Shown here piece after piece: positions 1-8,902 of a stretch of DNA of 64,000 nucleotides. Where the stretch lies: assembly GCA_965235115.1 (NCBI GenBank), contig OZ249445.1, positions 2,976,001 to 3,040,000 of the forward strand. The letters are read 5' to 3'. Below the pieces are notes generated by a model. The model did not search any database and was not told the origin of the DNA. It saw only the letters and a program-made list of their open reading frames with translations. Source of the DNA: Laetmonice hystrix (taxonomy: Eukaryota). The first letter of the stretch is position 1. Each line of letters opens with the position of its first letter. Position numbers and translations under genes: made by a program.

Positions 1-143
1 CAACTCATACTCTTAGTCTGACAAAACTCTCGTCTTTAGCCTACACTCTGGGACACAAGAGTACGACACAAACAACTCATACTCTTAGTCTGACAAAACT
101 CTCTTCTTTAACCTACACTCTGGGACACAAGAGTACGAAACAA
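1..143. repeat. 72-bp tandem repeat (2 visible copies, may continue beyond the window)
   Basis: CAACTCATACTCTTAGTCTGACAAAACTCT... starts at 1 and 73. Confidence 0.85.
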
Positions 144-712
144 GACCGATCTACACTCTGAGACTTGTCTACATGAACCCATAGACTGTAGTTTGATAGG
201 GACTGCGGGGAATGTGAGAGCAGGGCTACTGTGTAATATTTCCTGTCCTTCCGACTCTTTGTGTTGGTTTCCGGGTTGGCCCAACACTGAGGCAGAGAGT
301 AACGAATGTAACCACCATTAGAATGCAGCGCGACGTGTCGGGTGGAGGTTAAAGTACGCTAGGTTGTCCTATCATTCATCGTAATCAGCTTTGAATTAGA
401 CGTGTTAGTCTGATATCTGCTCAGTATCTGATTTATTACCCCCACAGGTTACCTCCACCCCACACAAGCTTTCATTCTTATGAGGCCGGCTGCGGGGTGG
501 CCCTGCGGGGGCAAAAGGACATCCCCAATAAAGTCCAGGTGCGAGAGACGGTGACCATGTCCCTGCCTAGTAATCCCTCTAGCTGGCGTACATGAGAGCT
601 TGGCAAGATCTCATTCTCCCGGAACCCTGTCTGTCCATTGGGTGAGACCCCTCGGGCCACCTACAGTTCACAGTTTGAACCAGCGGATTGAGGTGTCAAC
701 CCTATGTCTGTA

Positions 713-1120
713 CAGGGTGTCAAGTGCCAATGACCCTAAAAAAATAGGAAAATAGGAATGTGCTGTCCCAAAAAATAAGAATAAAATAGGAATATCAAAC
801 AAAAAATATATGGAAAATAGGAATTTTTTTAAATAGTCAGTATCGACATAGATAAACATGTTATCTTTTTTGACTAATTTTTTGAGATTTTAAAGCCCAT
901 GTCTTTGTAAAAAAATGTCGAGCGACGAGGTGGTCTTCACTTTGGTACCATTTATTGAAATTAACGCAATTTTACGGATTATAAAAATCGACTAAAGACA
1001 TGTTTAGGAATATTTTTGGGATCTGCCTAAAAAATAGGAAAAAATAGGAAGTTTACTCCAAAAATAGGAAAAATAGGAATAATGCTGAAAAATAGGAAAA
1101 AATAGGAACTTGACACCCTG
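713..1120. mobile_element. MITE 1 (408 bp), CAGGG-type TIR, 6-bp TSD
   Basis: TIR CAGGGTGTCAAGT (713-725) / ACTTGACACCCTG (1108-1120). TCTGTA is duplicated at 707-712 and 1121-1126. About 10 same-orientation AATAGGAA subterminal repeats; non-coding. Confidence 0.88.
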
Positions 1121-4100
1121 TCTGTATCTTCGTGTGAAATCCGTCTCGACTACCATAGCCGTCGCAGCTTAGAAAGTCTAAAATGCCTCAAACTGAGCAA
1201 TAATCCAATATCTATGATCTAACTCTTCGCAGAATTAAAGCCGAGGCCCAGTTCTCTCCTGCCTGCCAAAGAGGTCTATGTATCATTGGTGGTAGAAATT
1301 GCAACCTACATCTGCCAAATCTGTATCGATTAACAATTGTAGGTGTGTGTCAGTGAGGGAGAAGCTAGCACGTAAACGCCTTGGCTGCCCTTACGTGCTT
1401 AGTCCTGCTCAACAACTATCAGACAGCCACGACTGCTGTTAGAGTATTGACTTTCCTATTGATTCGTCAAGCATATGACAGAAATATAATAAAAACTGTG
1501 CTTTTCTTTGTCTAGTCCAAAAACAGCTGGCACAAAAATGACACATTTTATCAACGGCAATGAAAAGCTGGTGTCCCCATGAACATAACCCTTTAAAATT
1601 GCCTCTTTTAAGGATCAATAATTCCAACTGTTGCATATTTCATAGACTTTTGACGTTTTCAACCTTGGCTCTTTATTTATTTTCAATTACTCTGGTGCTA
1701 AGATCTGTTGGCTTGGCATTTTTGGCATTTGACATCATGGTATTCAGCCATGGGGAGTTTTGATTTTGCAATCAAATGCATATCTGTAAAAGATTTAAGA
1801 GAAGTCAAACAGAGTTTGTGGATGGGAACCTGGTGTGTCAGAGTAGTTAGTATTTGATGTGGCTTCGTTTATTCGCTGCCCTGGCATATCGCACACATGG
1901 CCAGGCACGGCCACGGAAGGCTCACCCTCGGGACCTTTACGGGGGTAACTCTCACTTCGCTCATACCCATGCTCCACAGACCACATCACGACTCTATGCG
2001 ATATCCCTACACCCCGTGCACATTCAATATGTGACCACTGCTTTGTCACAGCCAATTGGCTTCAAATGGTTTGAAAATTAGCACTCGATCATGGAGATAG
2101 AGGGACGTTGCCAGTGCCCAGTCGGTAACCTGCCTTCACCGAGTGACACGCCAGGTTGACCTTGTGCATGATGAAATGTTAAGTAAAAGCTCTTGACATG
2201 CCTATTTTCTGCCATTTTCTGCCTGCCTGCTTGGCCTTTTAGTTGCAATTCAAAAGCCATTACATCGGGGGTGCTGGCGGGATCTTATCGCAGGGCCTAA
2301 CTACGCGGTTCCTCGCTCTTGCTCCTGTATCTGCGGCAAGACATTGTAAGACAATCTTTGAAGGGCGCTCTCTGCACTTCCCACCACTCTACTGGCACAG
2401 TGCCTTGCCCAAACCGCACACGTGCTTGTAACGTTAACCCAGGGTACGGTGACCAGGGAATGCGGCCCCCTGACTCGGTTCTCCTTGTCCGTTTGATATG
2501 ATAATCTGGTGGCAAATTGGCCCAGAGTACTCGCCCTCCCCGGCCGCCCTTCGCTGTGGATCACATCCGTGGCGGCAAGACAAAAGGCCCGCTTGCCACG
2601 GGGACCCGCCAATTGACCTTACAAGGCCTGGGTCAATTGGAAGCTTGCCGGCCTACCTGAACGTACCACACCCTGGCCCCGATACGACGCCAACGTACAA
2701 CCCACAATGCACAAAAGCATCGATACTGCTCCGGATGTCCTACAGTTTTATTCCCAAAGCCATGACCCCAACATTATCTCTGTGCCTGACCTCCAAAAAT
2801 CATCCTAGCACTGCTGTGGGTCTTCATATCTTGCCAGGGATTGAATGAAAGTCCATGTAGACATATAAATAGTATTACTACGTATGGTTTTATATAGTAT
2901 TCCAATATAGACTTTTCTTTACCCAAGACATTCAGACATCAGGGCTTGCATTCGGAATATATTTTGCGTACCGTATATATGTTGCCCGTACAACAGATAG
3001 TTGTGGACATTTGGCTTGCCTTGACTGATGTAAGACCTCTACACACGTCCGAGTGACCAACAAAGACACACGGCCATGTAGTTGGTGGCCGCACAACCCA
3101 TGCTAAATGGTCTCAATTGCCACCTTTTCTCTGAATCAAATGCTGGCAACTATGAAACAGATTTCTGATTGGCTCTTCAGATTGATGCCAGTTGGGGCTT
3201 GGTTCCTCGTTTGTGTGGGGGTGTGTGTGGGTGGGGGTGGGGGTAGAGCTGGGTAGATGAATTCCTGGCTAATCAACTACACAGACTGACAGCGACACAG
3301 AAGTAGCGATTCCTACTATGTGGACCGAGATAAAGTAATAAATATGTCCAGGATGGCAATGTTTACATTTTAACTACTGTTCATTCAAACCAATTTGTCT
3401 CACCGTCTATTGTACACGGCAAGAGCTTGAACTATTTTCCTCCAGTAAACAGTGTTATCTTATTTCCTATTTATAAAATGTACTCTATAACATCATACCA
3501 TCCTCCCAATGATTTAATGACGTTAAGAAATCCTTTTAAAACCACAAAAGTTCTAAAGTTCCTGCAGCATGTTACTAAAATGTTGAGTAATAATTTGATG
3601 ACAAGCCGTTGTCTTCATATGGTGACTGCTTGACCAGAGCCTCATTAACGTTCAATCAGGTAGGACCCATACGTACTTGTACATTAAGGACCCACAAGGG
3701 GTGAAGGGGGTGGGAAGGCTGCGCTGATCCCCGTCAGTGTTCTGCAGAGGTCAAGGCACAGACAGCCCCCATCACTGGGAGATAACACTAGCAGGGAACA
3801 AGAAGGCTTTGGCCAAGGTGCACAGGTATGTCTCAACAATGCCTTTATCATATCTTACCTGTTCCGGTGCCAACTAAGGGGCCAAGGGAGGATGGTGGGA
3901 GGTTGAAGGCGGTGAACACCTGGTTGCTATTGTGCCTTATTCACTCGGCTGTACAGAGTGTCAGGTGTGTGAGGCTGGCGTTCCTGGCTCAAGTCGTGGA
4001 GGACGCTTTCCTCCCAACAACTCGCCGACACCATTTACTGAGGGTAACCATACACTAACGTCCTCCCACCCTACCCTGAGAACACGTTGCCTGTCTATGC

Positions 4101-4550
4101 CACTTATACACAGGACTCTGCCAGGTTGATTACAGAAGTGTTACTGCTATCTTCATCCCAGGTCAAACCTAGCACTGAATACCACTGAACCAATATCACG
4201 TATCCAGAACAATTTCTTCTCAATCCTACCTGACTCCGTTTGGCCATGTTTTGTTATAATTTTTCATGACATACTTCAATCGGTCCACCGCCAAGCTATC
4301 AACTATCCCGGTTTCCATTTCAACTTCTGCACCCCGTTAACTCTGGACGACTGAAGCCATATACAATATTTTAATAAAACCTGCGGTTACTACGATTAAA
4401 AAAAGATCTGCGTTGGGTCTCGCTTTAGGTCTTTAATGGCAGAATGTGGCTAGGTATTTCCTTTCAGGTCATACTTGACCTAAACCCCTGTCCACCCGGC
4501 ACAGGGTGGATGTTGTGTGAATAACTCGTCCAGCTTCAGATGATTACAGA

Positions 4551-4783
4551 GACAATGAATGAGACTGAGACCGAATTCGTTTGGACTAAAAATGTTTTAT
4601 TACGACATTATAAGACACGGATAAAATAATAAAAGAAATGTTGGTATATGATAAGAGGGGTAATAAAACATTGATGAGGGTTTTCGTGGGAAATATATTT
4701 TTAAAGAGAGGGTTGTTTAGTGGAGTGAGTTTAATGGTTAGTAAGATCGTTTGAGATTTCAGTTTCTTTATTCTTAATGGCCA
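4551..4783 (-). repeat. Split direct repeat B2 (233 bp)
   Basis: Identical to 4983-5215. Confidence 0.95.
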
Positions 4784-4832
4784 GTGGGAGGGATTTAGGG
4801 TAATGAAAGGTTAATATGGGATGGGTGGGAGG

Positions 4833-4989
4833 GTAAAAGACGTGTGTGTCGGAGTGTGGCGGAGAGGAAAGTGACCGAGTGAGAGTCGGGGAAGGTGAAG
4901 GAAAGTTGGGGCCGGAAGTGACGTATAGATTGCGGATATTCAAGTCTCAGACCATTCATTATGCGCAATGAAATATATTACGGACAATG
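4833..4989 (-). repeat. Split direct repeat A2 (157 bp)
   Basis: Identical to 8328-8484; overlaps B1 by the 7-mer GACAATG (4983-4989). Confidence 0.95.
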
Positions 4990-5215
4990 AATGAGACTGA
5001 GACCGAATTCGTTTGGACTAAAAATGTTTTATTACGACATTATAAGACACGGATAAAATAATAAAAGAAATGTTGGTATATGATAAGAGGGGTAATAAAA
5101 CATTGATGAGGGTTTTCGTGGGAAATATATTTTTAAAGAGAGGGTTGTTTAGTGGAGTGAGTTTAATGGTTAGTAAGATCGTTTGAGATTTCAGTTTCTT
5201 TATTCTTAATGGCCA
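4983..5215 (-). repeat. Split direct repeat B1 (233 bp)
   Basis: Identical to 4551-4783; begins (element sense) with the YR stop followed by AATAAA. Confidence 0.95.
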
Positions 5216-5515
5216 AACATTGAAGTAAAGGCATCGGGGACTGCAGTGAAGAGCTTCTTGGGAACGTAGGCATTAATAGCCGCCGATGACCACGTCCCGT
5301 GGCGCATTATGTCCGCCTGCGGCACACCGACCCGGGCGCAAGCCTGGGCGCCACAGTTTCTTTATTCTTAATGGCCAAACATTGAAGTAAAAGCATCGGG
5401 GACTGCAGTGTAGAGCTTCTTGGGAACGTAGGCATTAATAGCCGCCGATGACCACGTCCCGTGGCGCATTATGTCCGCCTGCGGCACACCGACCCGGGCG
5501 CAAGCCTGGGCGCCA
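5192..5515. repeat. 162-bp tandem duplication of the YR 3' end
   Basis: 5192-5353 and 5354-5515 differ at two positions that I could see (GTAAAGGC/GTAAAAGC and GTGAAG/GTGTAG). Confidence 0.93.
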
Positions 5516-6342
5516 GACCGGCGGAGTGAGTGGACCGTCGCTGAGTTCGCTGCCGGATGCCCCAGAACGAGTAGGATGGCCCGGAGGTATGTCTCCAACC
5601 TTGTCGGGGTCAGCGGAGTAGATGGATCCAGCATGAAGGCCGAGCTATCGGCCGATAAAGGAACATCTCGTATATAGCGTCTCCACGCCAGGACCGGGCA
5701 ATATCTTGAACCCACATATGGGACAGGGATCGCCACCCTGTCCGCTGGATCGGAGATCGTTTTGGACGAATTGACGGTGAGCCATATGCGATCGCCTGCG
5801 TCAGAGACGTCCCCCCGAGTAAGCGTGTGCGGCGTGGGGCCAGAGGGCCCAGGGAGTAAGTTGGACTGTCGGAGCAAGGAGCAGAAACCCATAAGAAGTG
5901 CGGCCCGGGCTGTTAAAGCGTGTCCGCCCAAAGTTTCTAATATATCACAGACATCTTTAATGTCCTGATAAGATAGGGCTGATGCCCGGCGGGGTACATA
6001 AGACGATAGTCGTGCGACTCCTTTGATCATGGTTGCAATGTCTGGAGCCGTAAAGTTCGTGACGTCGCCCCCGGATCCAGCGACGTACGTTTTTGCCCCT
6101 GAGAGATAGTTTTTTATAGTAGCCGTGCTTTTAAAACTGTTAGCCAAAATTTGAGTATAGAGCAAGAGGGCCAGGGTCGGGGGGGTGAAGGATAGGAAAG
6201 TCATAAGCGTACATAAACATGCTATAAATTTTAGCTTGACGTGATCTGTTGGTCTTCGTCCCGGAAACGAGTGCAGCCTGGTATGAGGCCGACGTCTGAG
6301 TGAAAAGGGTAGTTCGTTGGAGGTCTGTAAGGATATAATCAT
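5368..6342 (-). CDS. Tyrosine recombinase (YR) of the Ngaro element, 324 aa
   Basis: The catalytic set is present in order: LLRQSNL (R), SKT (K), HSLRR (HxxR), HGTW, NAYV (Y). The ATG overlaps the RNase H stop (ATGA, 6342-6339). Confidence 0.93.
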   Translation of the reverse strand: MIISLQTSNELPFSLRRRPHTRLHSFPGRRPTDHVKLKFIACLCTLMTFLSFTPPTLALLLYTQILANSFKSTATIKNYLSGAKTYVAGSGGDVTNFTAPDIATMIKGVARLSSYVPRRASALSYQDIKDVCDILETLGGHALTARAALLMGFCSLLRQSNLLPGPSGPTPHTLTRGDVSDAGDRIWLTVNSSKTISDPADRVAIPVPYVGSRYCPVLAWRRYIRDVPLSADSSAFMLDPSTPLTPTRLETYLRAILLVLGHPAANSATVHSLRRSGAQACARVGVPQADIMRHGTWSSAAINAYVPKKLYTAVPDAFTSMFGH

Positions 6343-6704
6343 AATTCGGATGTGAAAATACAGTCTAGCTCCACAGGTATAAGGCGAGAAAGACCGTACT
6401 GTGACACGAGGGCCTCCGCAGTGTCGGCATATGCTTTGCTTAAATGGTAGCGACTGAGTGCGTCCGCCAGAACTAAGTCGACCCCCGGCTGGTGATATAC
6501 CATTATTTCAAGCTGATTCGTGGCTGCGACCATCCATAGCTCACGTGCGCATGCGGCGAGTACGGGGTCCTTTGTTTTTCCTGTGTTCAGCGCATACATT
6601 GCGGCCATATTGTCCGTTTTTACCCTGACCGTGTGAGCTACCAGGCGTTGAGGAACGAGAGTTTTAACTGCCATTACAACGTTTATAGCTTCGGTAAGGT
6701 ACAT
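6339..6704 (-). pseudogene. C-terminal RNase H remnant of the element's pol ORF
   Basis: Motifs EAINVVMAVK, VRVKTDNMAAM and HQPGVDLVLADALSR match DIRS-type RNase H. The upstream part (RT and start of RH) is absent and no YxDD motif lies between gag and RH. Confidence 0.88.
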
Positions 6705-6802
6705 TAGGAACGATTTCGGAGTCGATGTGCGGTTTAGTTTGAGTAGATCGGGGTGTAAGGTGAACTGTGCCCAGTGTGGTGGCGGCTGCGGTGTGGGATC
6801 CC

Positions 6803-7015
6803 TGAGGGATACAGAGCCCCGTCTTCCGAGGTTCGGTGAAAGGTTCGTTCAGTGTGCCAGTATTCAGGGTTGCTGTGGAATGGTACGGAGAAATTACAGT
6901 GTGGGGCCCTTGAGGGATACAGAGCCCCGTCTTCAGAGGTTCGGTGAGAGGTTCGTTCAGTGTACAAGTATTCAGGGTTGCTGTAGAGTGGTACGGAGAA
7001 ATTACAGTGCGGGGC
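6803..7015. repeat. 108-bp diverged tandem repeat (2 copies) in the residual 5' part of pol
   Basis: TGAGGGATACAGAGCCCCGTCTTC... starts at 6803 and 6911; about 90% similar; appears as a 36-aa repeat in ORF 6664-7086. Confidence 0.85.
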
Positions 7016-7082
7016 AGAGTCTCGGAGACGGTCGGAGTGGTGGAACGACAATGGTTTCCTGGGCGAGTATCGGACTCCCCAG

Positions 7083-8321
7083 TCAATTCGGAAACCCCAA
7101 TGAGGATGGTTGGTTGTCCTGCCTATCGAATGTTTTTGAACGGCATACCTTAAGAGAGTGAGGAAGGAACAAACACTTTTTCAAGAGGCAGAATTCGCAT
7201 ACGTGGAGTTGACGGTATCCATTCGCAACGTGGTGTGAGTGTTGGATGCATGTTCCTCGCTGATACGCACGACAAGGTGGTGCAGGCTTGGCAGATTTGA
7301 GAAAGTCTGGTATGTCGACGCTAACGGTCGTATTGTTATCGTTCTGTTGCGGTGTGGAGTTGTGTGTCCCCATGTGTGATAGGCGAGTCTGAAGGCGGTC
7401 AATTTCATATGTGTTAGACCATGAGAGCTTCTTGTCGAAAATCTGCGCGCACACCTCTTCCGACCAGGCCCTGACTGATAGCCAGTCATATGTCCTGGCG
7501 TCATTAACAACTTGCTCAATATGTCTGTTCATAAGATTTACAGTTTCATTGTCCTGGACAAGCCTCGTCATTTGAGTGAAACCCCATACATATTCGGCGA
7601 TAGTGCACTCTGCAAGTTCCAGTTTGACATGCTTAGGTCCCCGCGTCACAAACTGGTGTGGAAATGCTCCAGACTGCTTACCTTTTCCAGCTGTAGTGAG
7701 TGGGGACACTACGGCGTGGAGAGCGTCAGCCACGCGACGTGCTAATATTGGGTCCGCCTCGAGCTGTGCTACGGTGGTTGGCGGGTTCCCCGCGCGCTCG
7801 TGGTGCGTTGTGGGTCTGCTGGGGTGGGACTTGGGTGGCGAGGAATGACGGGCAACCAGCGTCCTATCGTCTGCCCCCAGGCCGGTGAACCTTTCCGGTA
7901 GTGAAAGTGCCTGAGGGGCGTGGGCGGTCCTGTCGGCTGTTTCGCAGTGTCGGTGGTCAGCCGGCGGGGTGCTTGGTATGTCGGGCTGGCGGGAGTTGGT
8001 GACCCGTTGGCCTTGTGCTGTTCCTCCAAGTTCAGACGAGGCGTCGGCGGGTTCCAGTCGGGGTGGTGGGGTAGTATGACGAGCTTCTGGAGTGGTGTGG
8101 TCAGGCGGTGGTAGTTGGCCGCTTAGTCGAGTGAGAAGTTCTGTAATGTTTGTTAGCTTACTTTCAATATTATTAACTCTGTGGCTGACTTGTCCAATTG
8201 TGTCGGCATTACTTGCGACGGTTGTTCGACGCTGAGCCCGAGGGGTCTGCGGCTGGCTTTCCTCGTCGGTTTCTTCGAGTGGTGTGTGTCGCCGTGTTAT
8301 CGTTTTCTTTGTGCGCCCCAT
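7083..8321 (-). CDS. Gag-like ORF1 of the Ngaro element (412 aa from the first ATG)
   Basis: First ATG (MGRTKK) lies 6 bp after A1; the ORF track starts earlier at a TTG. The frame is uninterrupted, has a coiled-coil-like segment (VNNIESKLTNITELLTRL) and a Cys/His-rich C-terminus (CRAYQRGTC...H...HVCEFC...H...C), and is the first ORF of the element. Confidence 0.8.
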   Translation of the reverse strand: MGRTKKTITRRHTPLEETDEESQPQTPRAQRRTTVASNADTIGQVSHRVNNIESKLTNITELLTRLSGQLPPPDHTTPEARHTTPPPRLEPADASSELGGTAQGQRVTNSRQPDIPSTPPADHRHCETADRTAHAPQALSLPERFTGLGADDRTLVARHSSPPKSHPSRPTTHHERAGNPPTTVAQLEADPILARRVADALHAVVSPLTTAGKGKQSGAFPHQFVTRGPKHVKLELAECTIAEYVWGFTQMTRLVQDNETVNLMNRHIEQVVNDARTYDWLSVRAWSEEVCAQIFDKKLSWSNTYEIDRLQTRLSHMGTHNSTPQQNDNNTTVSVDIPDFLKSAKPAPPCRAYQRGTCIQHSHHVANGYRQLHVCEFCLLKKCLFLPHSLKVCRSKTFDRQDNQPSSLGFPN

Positions 8322-8327
8322 TGCAGT

Positions 8328-8484
8328 GTAAAAGACGTGTGTGTCGGAGTGTGGCGGAGAGGAAAGTGACCGAGTGAGAGTCGGGGAAGGTGAAGGAAAG
8401 TTGGGGCCGGAAGTGACGTATAGATTGCGGATATTCAAGTCTCAGACCATTCATTATGCGCAATGAAATATATTACGGACAATG
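8328..8484 (-). repeat. Split direct repeat A1 (157 bp)
   Basis: Identical to 4833-4989. Confidence 0.95.
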
Positions 8485-8759
8485 GCATCCCGAGGCCACG
8501 CTCACCTGCTATCAGAGACCATCACGTGGAGGGACGTGGAGACAGGTGGGGGTTGACGGATGTTGATGGTAGGGGGCGCCTAACAATCACCAGTACATGT
8601 ACTGTCTCTCCAACTCGACCAGCAATACGTTGGTAGGAATGCAAGCTTTTCATCTCATTCCACTGGTTTTAATTTCAAAATCTAGTCTTGTTCAACCAGC
8701 CCATTTTACAAAACCTTCTCACGGTAAACTTTTCAATTCGGATGTGAAAACAAAGTGGC

Positions 8760-8902
8760 ACGCACGCATCCACACATCTTCCCACATTCCAAACTTTCCC
8801 CATCCACACACTTTCCCAACTCAACGCACGCATCCACACATTTCCCCCATTCACACACATTCCCCATTCAACACTTTTCCCATTCACACACTTTCCCCAT
8901 GC
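8760..8902. repeat. Degenerate pyrimidine-rich short-unit repeat (TTCCCCATTCACACAC-like)
   Basis: About 7 imperfect copies of a 16-18 bp unit. Confidence 0.6.

Larger units (their letters stand above)
4551..8484 (-). mobile_element. Ngaro-type (DIRS order) tyrosine-recombinase retrotransposon, internally deleted (no RT), non-autonomous
   Basis: Split direct repeats in the order A1(8484-8328), gag, RNase H, YR, B1(5215-4983), A2(4989-4833), B2(4783-4551). A1=A2 (157 bp) and B1=B2 (233 bp), identical by eye. Carries DIRS-type RNase H and YR ORFs. No conventional TSD; both ends share GACAATG. Confidence 0.93.

Noticed and set aside
2395-2470. GTGCCTTGCCCAA, reminiscent of a SINE core segment
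   Set aside because: No A/B boxes, tail or TSD are recognisable.
2940-2960. CAGGGCTTGCATTC (and CAGGGTTCCCC at about 40090) as possible MITE left ends
   Set aside because: No matching right TIR or TSD was found nearby.
4731-4943. 70-aa ORF identical at its start to the gag ORF track entry
   Set aside because: It is repeat A2 read from a TTG; the true gag ATG lies outside A.
7083-7110. GGGTTTC as a -1 frameshift site at the gag/pol overlap
   Set aside because: Not in the required X XXY YYZ phase relative to the gag frame.
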